From NCBI GenBank assembly GCA_964016885.1, contig OZ024745.1:129890001-129954000 (forward strand): a stretch of 64,000 nt of DNA, in the 5' to 3' direction. Source of the DNA: Eledone cirrhosa (taxonomy: Eukaryota). Both the position numbers and the translations under genes were made by a program. Of the stretch, positions 26,989 through 41,213 are shown piece after piece. The notes under the pieces were generated by a model. The model worked only from the letters and a program-made list of their open reading frames with translations. It made no database searches and was not told where the DNA came from. Positions within the stretch are counted from its first letter, which is position 1, and every line of letters begins with the position of its first letter.

Positions 26989-27170
26989 GGGCGGTGGGTT
27001 TGGCAGTATCGGTAGGGGGTCGGACGCAAAGATTTACGTCCCTTGCCATTCTGAGTTCAAATCCCGCCGAGGTTAACTTTGCCTTTCATCCTACGGGGTC
27101 GATAATATAAAGTACCAGTAATACACTAGGGTAATTGCTGGCTTTGTGCCAAAAAGTAGAAACAATTATT
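26989..27170 (+). mobile_element. SINE S1 with TSD ATTATTTATATGTA
   Basis: Full head, core and tail. Confidence 0.9.
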
Positions 27171-27174
27171 TATA

Positions 27175-27256
<82 letters not shown>

Positions 27257-27257
<1 letters not shown>

Positions 27258-27370
27258 CGAAAGAAATGTGGTAAGGAACCAGGTGGACCATAACGCACCA
27301 AAGTACTCAATACTTAGGGTAAGTCCAGAATTAGCCGTCGAAACGGCTTGAGCTCAGCCGTCAGGGTCCT
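27257..27370. mobile_element. Family B inverted mini-element
   Basis: Minus-strand tail joined to plus-strand GCCGTCGAAACGGCTTGAGCTCAGCCGTCAGGGTCC. Confidence 0.75.
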
Positions 27371-27859
27371 ATATATATATTGTTATACTTGGGGAGGGTC
27401 ATATTTGTATAATAATATTGCCAGAATTAATAACAGAACACACTCACTGTTTGGTTGGTTTTCGCTTCTGTGTCTTTTATATCGGTTAATTTAATTTATT
27501 CGGTCCTCAATGTTACCATTGACTGAACAACGGTCAAAAATACAGATATAATATAGACACAAACACATATATATAGTCTAACAAAGTTCTTTTGTTGCAC
27601 ATCGGCAACATCGTCAGTGGTGCTATTATGTTTCCTTCTGTTGTATTGTATGCCTACGCCATCTTTATTTAGTCTGTTTATTTTTTTTGTCTTCTCTGCG
27701 CATGTGTTTGCGTGTGTGTATAGTGTTTGATGTGTGTTCGTGTTTCGGTGACTGTGTATTGGTTGTTGTATTCTATCTTAGTTTACTAGTATGTGTTTAT
27801 ATGTGTTTGTTGTTATTGTGCTTGTGTATGTATTTATTTATTTGTTGTTTATACTTCTC

Positions 27860-29105
27860 TTAGGGCAATATTGTTTGTTTGGGTGTTGTTGCTATTCCAT
27901 TCATTTTTTCTGTTTAGCCTTGGCCTTCTAAGTTCTATTTCGCTGGCCTCTCTGATTTGCCTATCTGCTGGGTCATGTCTATGTTTAGATATTATTCTAA
28001 TTTCTATATTGTCTATGTTACCATTGTGTTGTTGTCTGGCATGTTCGTATAGTACTGAACCGTTTTTCGTCCTTTTAGTTTTCCCAGTGTTGGTCTACCC
28101 TTTCACCTATGCTACGAGCTGTCTCGCTAATGTATGTTGTTGTCATGTTTCTGCAAGTACCCTCTATACATCTTATGCTTTAGACTACGTTTCTAGTTTT
28201 ACAGTTTATCCGGGGGTTTAGTTTACAGATAATACATTTCCTATTAGTACAGTGGGTTTTCTTAAAAGGGTAGGTATTGCTGATCAGGGATTTTATGGTG
28301 GTTCCTGGCTTTTCAACTACCTTAATCTTTAAGTGGGTCTTTCTCATGGCCTTCCTACACTGGTTAGCTAATTTCCCTCCAGGAGTAGCGTCCAAAAACA
28401 TGACACTCTGGTATCTCTGGTTGTCGTACCATGAGGTGGCTTTCCCTATCTTATGTCTAGTCTTATCTAAGCTATTCCATGATTTGCTCCTGTATAATGG
28501 GCAAAATCCTTTCATGTTCAGTTACTTCTCCGTGGCTCCTTCGTATACTCTGATTCTGTCTCTTTGGTTGTAGTCAGAGAACTGTATGCGGTTGATGAAG
28601 TGTTGGATGTTTCTTTCCATTTCTGTTGGGTCGCACATGCGGGACACGTTCTTCATCACTCCTACACAAGTCTGCGATCAGAATATTAAACTTAGCACAA
28701 CTGGACATTGCTGAGTTTTTGAGTATCAGGTATTCGGAAGCCATGGGTTTAGTATAGTGTGAGTGGAGAATTTGGGCTCTCTCGTCTATAGTGTTAATCC
28801 AGAGTTCCGTGTCTAATACAGGTAGTCTATTGTTAGGGTGTTTGGAAGGGTAGTCAATAGTTACAGTTATACTCTGGTGTATGGAATTAGCTATCTGCTG
28901 GATGCTTTCCATTGTGCTACGTTCTAAACTTGTTAGTATTCTCTTGTAGAGATGTCCTTATTACTATATTGATGTCGTCTACGTAACGAGAGTACATGAT
29001 GAGGTCTATGGAGCTCTCATCAAGGAGATATTTGAGTCTCCTTTCCCACCATACCATAAAAAAGTTGGCAACGTCACCAGCTATGCTGACGCCAATGGCT
29101 GCTCC
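27860..29105 (-). pseudogene. PLE reverse transcriptase C-half plus GIY-YIG ORF (frameshifted)
   Basis: ORF pieces 28574-28912 and 28180-28515, plus manually read YVDD and YISETAR. Confidence 0.9.
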
Positions 29106-29350
29106 CTAAGAGAAGTATAAATAAATAAATAAATAAATAGATACACAAGCACAATAACAACAAACACATATAAACACACACTAGTAAACTAAGATAGAAT
29201 ATAAAAACCAATACACAGTCACCGAAACACGAACATACATCAAACACTATACACACACGCAAACGCATGCGCAGGGAAGACAACAAAATAAATAAATAAA
29301 CAGACTAAATAAAGATGGCGTAGGTATACAATACAACAGGAGAAAACATA

Positions 29351-29404
29351 ATAGCACCACTGATGATGTTGCAGATGTGCAATGAAAGAACTTTACTAGA
29401 CTAT
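29351..29404 (+). ncRNA. Hammerhead motif family A in inverted pLTR
   Basis: CUGAUGA U GUUGCA-gaug-UGCAAU GAAA GAACUU. Counterpart at 27573-27626 (-). Confidence 0.55.
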
Positions 29405-30173
29405 ATATATGTGTTTGTTTCTATATTATATCTGTATTTTTGACCGTTGGTCACATTGAGGACCGAGTAAATTAAATTAACCGATATAAAAGACACAGAA
29501 GCGAAAACCAACCAAACAGTGAGTGTGTTCTGTTATTAATTCTGGCAATATTACACAAATATGACACCTCCCCAAGTATAACAATATTTGTTTCGACACA
29601 CGATTTAATATCAAAAACCTCGCAAAACTATATATATATATATAAGAAAATGCAAAGTAGTTTCTGATGTTAAAGTCCTTTAATGATAATGCTGTGATAT
29701 ATATTTCAATGACGACTATAGCCACATTTTTCGGTGTACCCAGTGCCGTGACATCATCAAATAGCTTCTTACATAATAAGGTTATGTTCCCGAGGCAATC
29801 CAAATTGAATCGACAGAGGAACAGACAAAGCAGGTGTTCTTGAATCCTTCGTCCGTTCCCTTGTGAACCCCAATTCACCCTCACCGGTTTGCACAGGCGC
29901 AAGTCCGGAGGAAGTTGACCATCCACTACCCCAAAACTCTACGAAACTCGCCTAGGCAGGTACCCTCATACCCCAATGAAACAATCACCCCCATCCAGAT
30001 CTGTAATATGAGACGGCTATAGTTTACTGATAGTCGCCCTGCCAGTGGCAGTTGACCTAAACCTGGTGGTGGTGGCAGATTATGACCCCCCAATAGGCCT
30101 CAATACTACCCCTAAATTCTGCTTGGACAATAGAATTAACCATCTAAGAGAATATAAACTTAATTCTAGATAT

Positions 30174-30208
<35 letters not shown>

Positions 30209-30229
30209 GGAGATTGCCAGAGAGATGGA

Positions 30230-30540
30230 TCGATATATTCCTTTATTTGCCATACAGGCGCACAAGAAAGGGGGACAAAGCAAAGGCACATGCCGGTTAT
30301 TTTACATACAATCGTGTAAAAATATGAAACAAACAATTATAACAATCGAAATCCCCAATAGGAGGGAGGCGCCACAAATGGGTTGTTTAATACCCCGTCG
30401 ATAGAAAAACCCTCAACTCCAGGAGCGTGTTGTGCAAGTGCTCCTTTCCTCCTTTTGCTCTCTTCTTCATCCCACAGGTTTATATACAGAGAAGGCCCAA
30501 TCACTCGGGCCATATTTACCACATTCACCCACCTTTCAGG
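30230..30540 (-). mobile_element. L1/Tx1-like LINE 3' end
   Basis: ERWVNVVNMARV.G resembles the end of the 53930-54530 relic. AATAAA follows, next to (GATA)n. Confidence 0.6.
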
Positions 30541-30830
30541 AAATTAACTGGGGTGCAGTGCCTCTCTCTCCAGTCTGATTTTCCTTCTAGATAGATATAT
30601 AGATAGATGTATAAATAAATATACATAGATATTTATATTCGCGTGCATATATGTATATTTATGTATGCATGTATGCATATCATTTTCAGTTGAAGAAAAA
30701 ACATAATTCATTTGCTTAAACAACATATATGTGTACCTATGGAAATTAATGTAAAAGATTATAAACGCACATATATATTCACAAACATTCGCACGTTAAA
30801 AGATACTATATACATACACACAAAAATAAT

Positions 30831-30908
<78 letters not shown>

Positions 30909-31429
30909 TGTGTGTGTGTCTGTGTGTATTTTATTAATACCACCGTTTATAAAACACATGCATTCACACCATCATTCATATATATATATATATGTATGCG
31001 TGTGTGTGTGTGTGTATATATATATATGTGTGTGTGAGTGTGTGTGTGTATATATATGTATTTATTCATGTATTAATGTATATATTTATGCACATGTATG
31101 CATTATGCCTGTGTGTATACAAGTGTGTTCATGAATGCTTCTTTTTTAACTTCATCCATTTTCCATCGACGGAAGTATTCTTTTGGTTGGTCTCATTTGT
31201 TCAATGGCCGCGAGCAGCATCGAAGATCGTGTCCTCGAAATGGGGCCTCATTAGTTGGCATTGTTGGCGAACTGCTGCAAAACACATCGAATATGGTGAC
31301 GAAGATTTCGCAGGAAGATGCAGGCTGATACTGACAATTCTACAACAATATAGTCACAGTGGGCAGCAAACACACACATACATATGATTTCTTAAACATT
31401 CGCATCTATGCTAATAATATACATGCATA

Positions 31430-31927
<498 letters not shown>

Positions 31928-32327
31928 ATCCACTGACTGAGGCGCATACATACACAATATACAGCTCTCAAATACATTCATGTTGGATCATGTAAATTCC
32001 AAACAACCAAACTTATATATATTCCACATATACGCACTCTCACATATAAAGTCGCGAATCCACTTTACAGTATGATACATATAATTCATACATTCGTAAT
32101 TCCGTTGTATAACTGAATGTGATCATTTTGTTTCATACACATACATAGGTCTGCAAGCGCAGAATGGACATATATATTACATAATATGACAATGCCTTTC
32201 GTTATAATAGATCACAGAATGTATGAGAGCAGGATTGCGTTGTTATTGTTTACAGTTACATAACAATAACGCATAGATCATGTAATCGTCAAAATGAAAT
32301 AAATGCACGCACAAGCACACTTATTTG

Positions 32328-32411
<84 letters not shown>

Positions 32412-32548
32412 TAAATATATATATATAAGGAAAAGAAATTGAAATATATATATATATATGCAAAAGTTCTATTTAAAATTGTTGGGATACAACAAGTAAA
32501 TATTTTTCTAACTGATATAAAGCACTCGACAAATTTTTGGAGTAGATA

Positions 32549-32728
32549 TACGATATTAATAAATGGAAACTATATTTATAAAACCATATTTATTTCATTA
32601 TATATATTTCAGGGATACCACATTAAATTACGGTATGCCTTCACCATAATTTAATGTGGTATCCCTGAAATATGTATAATGAAATAAATATGGTTTTATA
32701 AATATAGTTTCCATTTATTAATATCGTA
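32549..32728. mobile_element. Fold-back mini-element family D (~80-bp arms)
   Basis: ACGATATTAATAAATGGAAAC...CAGGGATACCACATTAAATTA and its reverse complement. Centre lies in HHR stem II. Confidence 0.85.
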
Positions 32729-32875
32729 TATATATATATATATATGTAGATAAATCTACCAAAATATACGGTAGTGTCCAATCCGTATGAAGAACTCAAT
32801 GTAATCCAAATATCATGAAAAGAGAGGATGTATTCAAAATGTTTTCGATGAAAAACACAGGAAAACAGACTCAAG

Positions 32876-33005
32876 ATAAATTAATAAAAATAATGAATAA
32901 AACAAAGAAACAGTTCCTTATATTAAAAAATTAATTTTTTAATATAAGGAATTTTTTAATATAAGGAACTGTTTCTTTTGTTTATATTCATTATTTTTAT
33001 TAATT

Positions 33006-33008
<3 letters not shown>
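32876..33008. repeat. AT-rich inverted repeat
   Basis: ATAAATTAATAAAAATAATGAATA..AAAGAAACAGTTCCTTATATTAAAAAA and its complement. Confidence 0.7.
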
Positions 33009-33095
<87 letters not shown>

Positions 33096-33145
33096 TGAGA
33101 TTGTATAGGACTAGAAATGTTTCATTCTTGAGAAATCATCAGGGA

Positions 33146-33190
33146 TTCCTGATGATTCCTCAAGAATGAAACACTTCTAGTCCTGTAGAA
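33146..33190 (+). ncRNA. Hammerhead motif family E in fold-back element 33093-33282
   Basis: UUC CUGAUGA UUC-cucaa-GAA U GAAA CA...UG UA GAA. Inverted arm at 33095-33143. Confidence 0.65.
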
Positions 33191-33276
33191 GCTCTTCTAT
33201 ATTAAAACTTTTATACTCTGTTATGTATTGAGTACCTTACTTACTGTGGTTACTTTCGATTCAACCCGGAATAACT

Positions 33277-33356
<80 letters not shown>

Positions 33357-33458
33357 GTAGGTCCCGGGTTGAGTCGGGGATAACCACAGTAAGTAAGGTA
33401 CTCAATACATGGCAGAGTAAATTTTATTTTTTTTTATTTTTTTTTATTTTATAGAAGG

Positions 33459-33509
33459 AGCTTCTACAGGACTAGTACTGTTTCATTCAGATGAAATCTT
33501 CAGGAAGCT
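33459..33509 (-). ncRNA. Type-I hammerhead motif family E
   Basis: AGCUUC CUGAAGA UUUC-aucu-GAAU GAAA CAG-uacuaguc-CUG UA GAAGCU. 6-bp stem I, 4-bp stem III. Lies within PLE 3' region ~33357-33950. Confidence 0.8.
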
Positions 33510-34079
33510 GGGTGTCATATTAAGTTCTGGTATTTATACATTTAGGTAGTGGCAAGGGAGGGGTGGTGGATGGGGGGGGGGGTATTTAGATACACAGGAC
33601 CACTTCATGGCACAGGCCGTTTTTTCTATGGGGAGTGGTCAATTAGCCAGAGTGCTTTTTTGAAATAAATAAATAAGTAAATAAATAAATAAATGAATAA
33701 ATAAATAGATAAATGAATAAATAAATTAAATAAATAAAGAAATAAATAAAAAATAAATAAATAAAAAAAACCCCATGAATAGTAATTCAACAGATTTATA
33801 GTAGGGAAATTTTTTAGGTGGGTTGGTAATAGAAATTAAACATTTAACAAGACCGAATCATGGCACAGACTGGGGTGAGTGGTCAAGTTAACATACAAGC
33901 CACAGGTGGCCAGAGTGTTTTAGTAGGATGGAAAGAATAAAATATATTTACATACTCACAACCACATACAAAAACACTTACACACACACATACATATATA
34001 CTTATATATATATACATACATATATACATATGTGTGTGTGTGTGTGCACACCTACACATTCACACACATATACACATAC

Positions 34080-34126
<47 letters not shown>

Positions 34127-34266
34127 TGTGTGCGCATACACATACACACACACACATACATATATACACAGGAAAAACACAAACACACAAATATACACAC
34201 ACACACACGCATACACATACACGCACACACATATATATATATATCTACACATACACACGCGCGCAT

Positions 34267-34298
<32 letters not shown>

Positions 34299-34499
34299 AT
34301 ATATATGCATACATACACATATATATATATATATACACACCTACAAGTACGTATGTCTCTCTCGTGTAAACTATACTATACATACACATACATACATTTG
34401 CACACACATACATACACATACATACACACACACAAACACATACATTCACACATATATATACATATATACACATACACACACACAAACATATATAATCTC

Positions 34500-34563
<64 letters not shown>

Positions 34564-34603
34564 GATATTAAATAAATGGAAACTATATTTATAAAACCAT
34601 ATT

Positions 34604-34669
34604 TATTTCGTTATATATATTTCAGGGATATCATATTAACAATATGCTATGCCTTCCTCAGACAAAATA
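34604..34669 (-). ncRNA. Type-I hammerhead motif family D
   Basis: UAUUUUGU CUGAGGA AGG.AUA.CAUAUU-guu-AAUAUG.UAU.CCU GAAA UAUAUA UA ACGAAAUA. Stem I has a G-C pair where the 18917 copy has A-U. Confidence 0.78.
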
Positions 34670-35942
34670 CAATATAAACAGTTTTATAGATAAATAGATT
34701 TGACATACCGTACAACATCGACTTGTATTTGAAAAGTTGAATTGGCAGTGAAAAAATTGTAGACAGAAAGAAAGAATTTTCTCTCTTTCTTTCTTTCTGT
34801 CTACAATTTATGTAGGTCTTTTCTACGTATTTAGATTTACTTTCTGTTATTTTCTACAGTCTTCTATTTTTGGCGTCTATTCGTGTATTCGTGTATAATA
34901 ATTTACAGCTAGTCTGTGATATTCTCATCATCATTGCTACAGTCTGGCTGTCATTAGTTCCAGCGTTATATTCCACTGCGTGGCAGCTTGGGTAGGAGTA
35001 ATTTACGATGGCATCAGATCGACCTTTGCATTAGGTATGAAAATCGGTAGATGAAAACCGTTTGGAAGCCAGTGGGATAGACTCTATAGGTAATTAAAGG
35101 ACCATCTTTTTCACAAATTATCTCCTCCTGAATTCCTTTCAGAAATACATTAAAGATACCGGTGTAGGTGGAATAGTCAGCCATTTTGCACGATAATTTC
35201 ATGGGTAGGCTGCTCTAAAGATCGAATGACTGGAAACACACTGTCGATACCACCGCTCGTGAATTAACTGTTACAAAAAGTTTGATGTCAATGTTATAAT
35301 TAATGGGTTTAAAAATAGAAAAACAAAACGTGTCCGGATTTGTTTCAGATAGCTTCAAACTCTTTGTCCGAATTTGTTTCATATAGTTTCAAATATAATT
35401 ATTAAATTATTAGCGTTAAGCTTAATCTCTTTTAATTATTTATTGCTGTATTGTTTGATAATTTGTTATTTCTTTTCACTGTGAATGAATATGAAAGTCA
35501 TATTGATCTAAATATTTCAGGTATATTTTCATAACTTATCATTTGTTTGAGTTTTAAAGTAAAATCTTTATACATTATTTCAGTGTGCCGCTGGATAATC
35601 AGTTGTTGTGTATATCTACGCTTGCTTCAAAAACAGAGAACTCAAATCCATATAAACTACCACTTTGATTTTCTGTACTTTGCATATGTAACTTGTCGAT
35701 ATTAGAAAGGATACTCCATATCACTCCCGGCATTTTCTCTTTACTGACCTTTCATTTCATCTATATATATCCTTTTTCCAACTCTAAGTAACATATAAGT
35801 GATAGATTTCCGCCTAAAAACCATAATACTTAACCTCTAGTAAGCAACCTCCATATGCTTGAAAACATCACAAAGCCAAGTATTGAATAACGCACAAATC
35901 AAGTTACCGACAAACTGTTAACTTTTTCTCCATTGCTTCATA

Positions 35943-36017
<75 letters not shown>

Positions 36018-36170
36018 TATAAACAAGTACTTTATATCATATATATTGATGTAAAATATTACATAAACTTTTTGTATAACATCATGAAAGACCGATTTTT
36101 TAAACTCTCTCTTACTCTCTCTCCTACTCTCTCCCTCACTCTCTCTCGCACACACACACATACACACACG

Positions 36171-36229
<59 letters not shown>

Positions 36230-37259
36230 ACACACACACACGCACAAACACACACACACACACACACAATGTGGGATGGAAGATGTGAGGGATAGATAGA
36301 AATTTATAAATACTATTATACACTGATTCTACGAAATGTTCCCACTATAAAATATTTCATTTACCCTGTTTCTCACTAATTTATAGATTTGACAACCATA
36401 CACTTACCTATCCAAATCCGAAAGGTACTATATCCTACTTGATTAATCTTACTACATTATAAACCCAGCTAAAATGATTTCACGAATATTGACTGCATTT
36501 TCCCCCAACATAAACTTTAAAAAATTTACACCTGAACAAAACAGAAAATATGAAAATGCAATATAGATTATAGGTGTTGTAAATATGAAGTATAAAGCTG
36601 CTAAACATAGACAACCGCCCCTAGGTTACACGATCCAAATCTCTAAAGAAAAAATAAAGCAGGACAAAAACACTGGATAATGCAATCCAGGAAATATTAT
36701 TACGTTTAAAAACAGATGCCTGGTAGCATCAGAAACTAATTTCACTGCAGACATGCACAATCAAGGCGGAGATGCGGATTAAAAGCAAAAACAAAAGGAT
36801 GAATACACAAACCTAGTGATAATAATTACAGTTGCGCATCTTATCTTTTGGATTTTATCTGTAACAAAAAGAAGTGCTATGTAGGAAACTGTAATATTTA
36901 TAGATATTTTATAAATGGCATGTTGATGAAAGATAATAAATGTTTGAAAGCAAACAGCATTATGATGTGTTAAATCTCTCTGGTCAACTATATATATATA
37001 TATATATAAAATCTTTTCCTGAGTCCAGTCTTTTTCGTTGCTATGGATGGATTGCCGATCGCTATATTTGATTTGCAAAGCTGTCTAAACGTATTGTTAT
37101 TACTCTGGGGTATTATTCTCCATCGAGTGCTAAAGCTACATTCCAAATTTGCATTCGTTAGCTTAGCCGCAGCCTAAAGCTTCGTTAATGCTGTACTAAA
37201 ATTTGTATATATATATATATAATATAAGATCAAAAGATGGTTAAAAGAGTTCCATGTAT

Positions 37260-37324
37260 TTTATTATGCGCATTTCAAAAACAAATATCATCATGGGATG
37301 ATATTTGCGTTCTCATCAGATAAA
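37260..37324 (-). ncRNA. Type-I hammerhead motif family F
   Basis: UUUAU CUGAUGA GAAC GCAAAUAUCAUC-ccau-GAUGAUAUUUGU UUUU GAAA UGCGCA UA AUAAA. Long stem II and palindromic stem III AUGCGCAU. Confidence 0.85.
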
Positions 37325-38027
37325 CACTTGCGAGCAGTGAAGTGTTAAATCTACATATGAAAAATAAAATAAGATGGATATATGAGATTGGGAAAAAAAG
37401 AAGGAAGGGGGAAGGAAAGGGTAAGGAGGAGGAAGAAAGAAAATAAAGGATGACGGGGGAGGAGTATAAGAAGGAAGTATGAGAGAGGAGGCGAAATGAA
37501 TGAGAGAGAGAGAGATAGCCTTTAATACTGAGAAACACTGTCTCACAGAGAGAAATAAAAAGAAACCGTTGTAAGATAATACATAATTTAAAAAAAATTT
37601 GAAATTAAAAGATAATGAGGTTTATGAATGGTGATGTTTATGATTAAAGAAAAAGGAATTAAGAATAGTATTTATTTAAGGTTTATATATTGAAGGGCTT
37701 AATAATATGTGCGAAAAGGAATTTATTAAAATGTATTATTAAAATTAAAATATTAAGGAGATAAGGTGAATGAAGAAGAGATTAAATGAATTATGAAATT
37801 AGAGGAATTAGTTAGGGTCTAAGTTTGTTTCTATGTATTGTAATATGAAAAAGTAAATAATAGGTTTAATACGAGCACGGAAGGAGAGTAGAAAGAGGAA
37901 ATTTTAAGGAAGAAAAAATATATAACGTCAAAAAAATATGTTTACAAAATTTACTAATGGTAATATTAGTATATATTAAAAATATAGTTTGTATAGCCAA
38001 GAATATAAGGAAAATGCTATAGTGAGT

Positions 38028-38132
38028 AATAATTGTTTCTACTATTGGCACAAGGCCAGAAATTACCCAGTACAATACTGGTACTTTATTTTATCGACCT
38101 CGTAAAGATGAAATGCAGAGTTAACCTCGGCG
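38028..38132 (-). mobile_element. 5'-truncated SINE S1 nested in PLE, TSD GTGAGTAATAAT
   Basis: Core and tail with a 12-bp flanking duplication. Confidence 0.88.
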
Positions 38133-38940
38133 TGAGTAATAATATGAGTTAAGAAGTAATTGAGAAGTAAAAGTTACAGATAAAAGATTAGAAATTAAAA
38201 AAAGAAAAAAAGGAAAAAAGGAACAAAGGATAAAAAAGAAGAAAAATAGGGGACCGCTAACGACTTAGAATGAGTAAATTGTATAATATAATATACTGAA
38301 ATAAGGTAGAAAGATGAGTATATTTGTAAAAGATATAAAAGGGTTTGAGAAAAGATTTTAAACTAATTAGGTTGTGAGATACTAGCTGTATACTTTATGG
38401 AAAGTTCTATGGGATTTATGCAAGCAGAGCGAAAATAAATACGTACGTCTATTTATTATAGAATTAAAATTAGAGATAATGGTTAATTTCTCGGCTAGGC
38501 AGAGATTACATGTTCTGGATAGGGAAGAATTCTAGTAAGGAGAGGCGTTGCAAACCTTCCTCCAAGACATGTTGTAGTTAATATGTTTGTCTTTTAAGGA
38601 CCATATGAGTTCTGAGAGTGCCGTGTTAGTTCTTTTAAGTTGGTATTTAAAGACGAATTGTGATTATAAAATCTTGCTTTAAAGGAAGTGGAAGTGGAAC
38701 CAAAATAGGTAAAAGAATTAGTACCAGTTATAACCTTACATTCATACACTAAATTCTTATCAAGACATTGGTTATTAAGAGGACATTTAGTTCTAACAGG
38801 GCAATTACAATTACGATGAGAAAAATTACCACAGTTATTAACAAGTGACCTAGTATTATTTATAGAAGGAATTGGATTGGAGAAGTTATTTACGATATGT
38901 GTTAAAGTTTCCTGAATTAGATTGGTGTTATGAACATTCG

Positions 38941-38990
<50 letters not shown>

Positions 38991-39666
38991 CATAGACTGA
39001 GTTATATATATATATATATATCATAGATTGAGTTATAAACTCAAAATAGTCTTTTACAATTAAGTAGCTCAAAGAAGGGAATCTTTCCGAGCCGTGTAAT
39101 ATAATTATTTTGAGTTTATAACACAATCTATGATATTCTCGGCTCCGTATGTAGAGCTAACCATAGTCTCATAAACCCAGCTGCTATTTTTAGCGGCATG
39201 AGTATGAGACGCGCTAGGCGCTGCGACATGTAAGTTTATATCAGCATATCGTTCAATCCTCTTAGATCCTTTGAAGTGAAAGATGCGGATTTTCCTGGAT
39301 ACCCGCAGATGAGCACAGGAATTCTGGTTTTCACTTAATAATTCAAAACAGATTTTGGTTTGTCCGGGTATTGAAGGCTATTGCCTGATATAGATTTGTT
39401 ATTTTTATTGATTTATTACTTTAAATCGGGTCAAGCAAACTATATTGTTTTAAATTAGTATTTTTTCAACCTAGCTAACTTGCTCATTTGCAATTGGAAC
39501 ACATGTATATCCAATTATATATATATATATATATACACAATTTTGTAACTAACCTTACATAGATCGATAACGAAGTATACTTACGATGTATAATCATCAC
39601 CTAGAAACGATCGTAAAGCAGTGAAATATATTTCTAATGACTTGGTTTTTTATTTCATTGTTTTAA

Positions 39667-39739
<73 letters not shown>

Positions 39740-41021
39740 ATATATATATATATGTACACATAGACACACACGTACAGAAAAACAGTTTACAATTGCTACA
39801 GGGCATTGATTACATTAAATTACTCAATTATATAAAGATATAAATAGTATTGTGTGACATTAATAACTTTCCGCTCAGAACGTGTTAGCTTCGTAAGTGA
39901 AGTGGTAATGTTGTCGTGTTTTCTAAACCACTACTCACTATACGCTCACGTCACATGAATGGGAATGTCTACTATTTGTCATTTTGAAAAGGGATAATGT
40001 GATATTCATAGATGTACTAGACTTGACGATGCTTCTCACGTACACACTCTCTATCTCTTTACCTGTTGCTATATAGTTCTGACCTTAACAATCCCCTTTC
40101 CCAACACACACCGACACATATACACAACACCGGAGACACAGTCAAAGATGTATGTATATGTACATTCACACATAGTCCCTACATACACATAAACACATAT
40201 CCACATACACCATAATCTATCGAAAGTTTAACAGAATAACCATCTGAAATCCATTTAAGCAACTTATTTCATATCTTTTTCATACCGGAAATTCTTTTCA
40301 AGTAGAGTGAAACGAGACATGTTGATATTTTACTCAAAATTCTCAAAATTCTCACAGGAGTCGGCTATTTATTTCTTCTTCCCTTATGTCTATCTGTCCT
40401 TCCTTCATTGTTTGTTTCTTTGCAATAATTCTCTCTTTCCTTCTTTCTATCAGTAGTTTTTTTGTTTTTTGTTTTTTCATTCTCGGCATTTCTGAATACC
40501 ATGTTAAAATTCCAGTGAGGCATTCTTATGTCTTGCTTGCGAATTTCATTTTATTTATTATATATATATATTTATTTTATATTGTTTTTACAGAACTTCA
40601 TTTTCCGCAAAATCTTCTGAGAAAGTAAGATGTCAACTACAGATTCTTTGGTTGAAAGATAACTCAATGAAGACATTGTAAACAAAAAATAAAAAAGACT
40701 AATAGAAGTAATACGAATTAGCAGAACATAGCGAAAACTAAGTTTGTTACCTCTATCACATTTTGAATTTTGGAAAACAACCACTAACGAAAAATATCTG
40801 TATAAGTGGATATATGTGTAAGATTCTGTTTGACGATCTTTTGAGGTTGAAGGAAAGAAAGATTGATATCACTGTTTCAAGTAAGAGATACATAATTGAA
40901 AAGGAAGTAGACTGTGGTAGCAAAAATATTCCATTGCTTTATCGAGAAATCAACTTAATTTTGGGAGGTTATAAAATGATAGAATTACTTCTCGAATATC
41001 ATTATCCAAGTGTATATTTAT

Positions 41022-41213
41022 AATAATTGTTTCTACTTTTGACACAAGGCCAGCAATTACCCAGTACATTACTGGTACTTTATTTTATCGACCCCCGTAA
41101 GGATGAAAGGCAAAGTTAACCTCGGCGGGATTTGAACTCAGACTGTAAAGGGACGTAACTCTATGCTGCAAAGCATGGTGTCTGACCTTCTACAGATACT
41201 GCCAATCCACCGC
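41022..41213 (-). mobile_element. SINE S1 full length
   Basis: Reverse complement of head, core and tail. Confidence 0.9.

Larger units (their letters stand above)
27381..29628 (-). mobile_element. Penelope-like retroelement (family A), 5'-truncated, with inverted pLTR (29104-29628)
   Basis: Minus strand has RT motifs GAAIGVSIAGDVAN, YSRYVDDINI (28965-28995) and LPVLD, a Cys-rich linker, and GIY-YIG NVVY...YISETARSIGER..QH. 29104-29583 is the reverse complement of 27381-27865. (TA)n on both sides. Confidence 0.95.
37222..38945 (-). mobile_element. 5'-truncated Penelope-like element (family F): GIY-YIG fragment, AT-rich 3' UTR and HHR
   Basis: ORF 38594-38944 reads CNCPVRTKCPLNNQCLDKNLVYECKV...TYFGSTSTSFKARFYNH, and CNLCLAEK follows downstream. 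(TA)n at both ends. Confidence 0.88.

Noticed and set aside
31130-31330. mariner transposase relic (SPYS-like motif on minus strand)
   Set aside because: Similarity too weak to call by eye.
34860-35260. Possible host exon (higher-complexity sequence)
   Set aside because: Stops in the frames examined, and no recognisable domain or clear splice sites.
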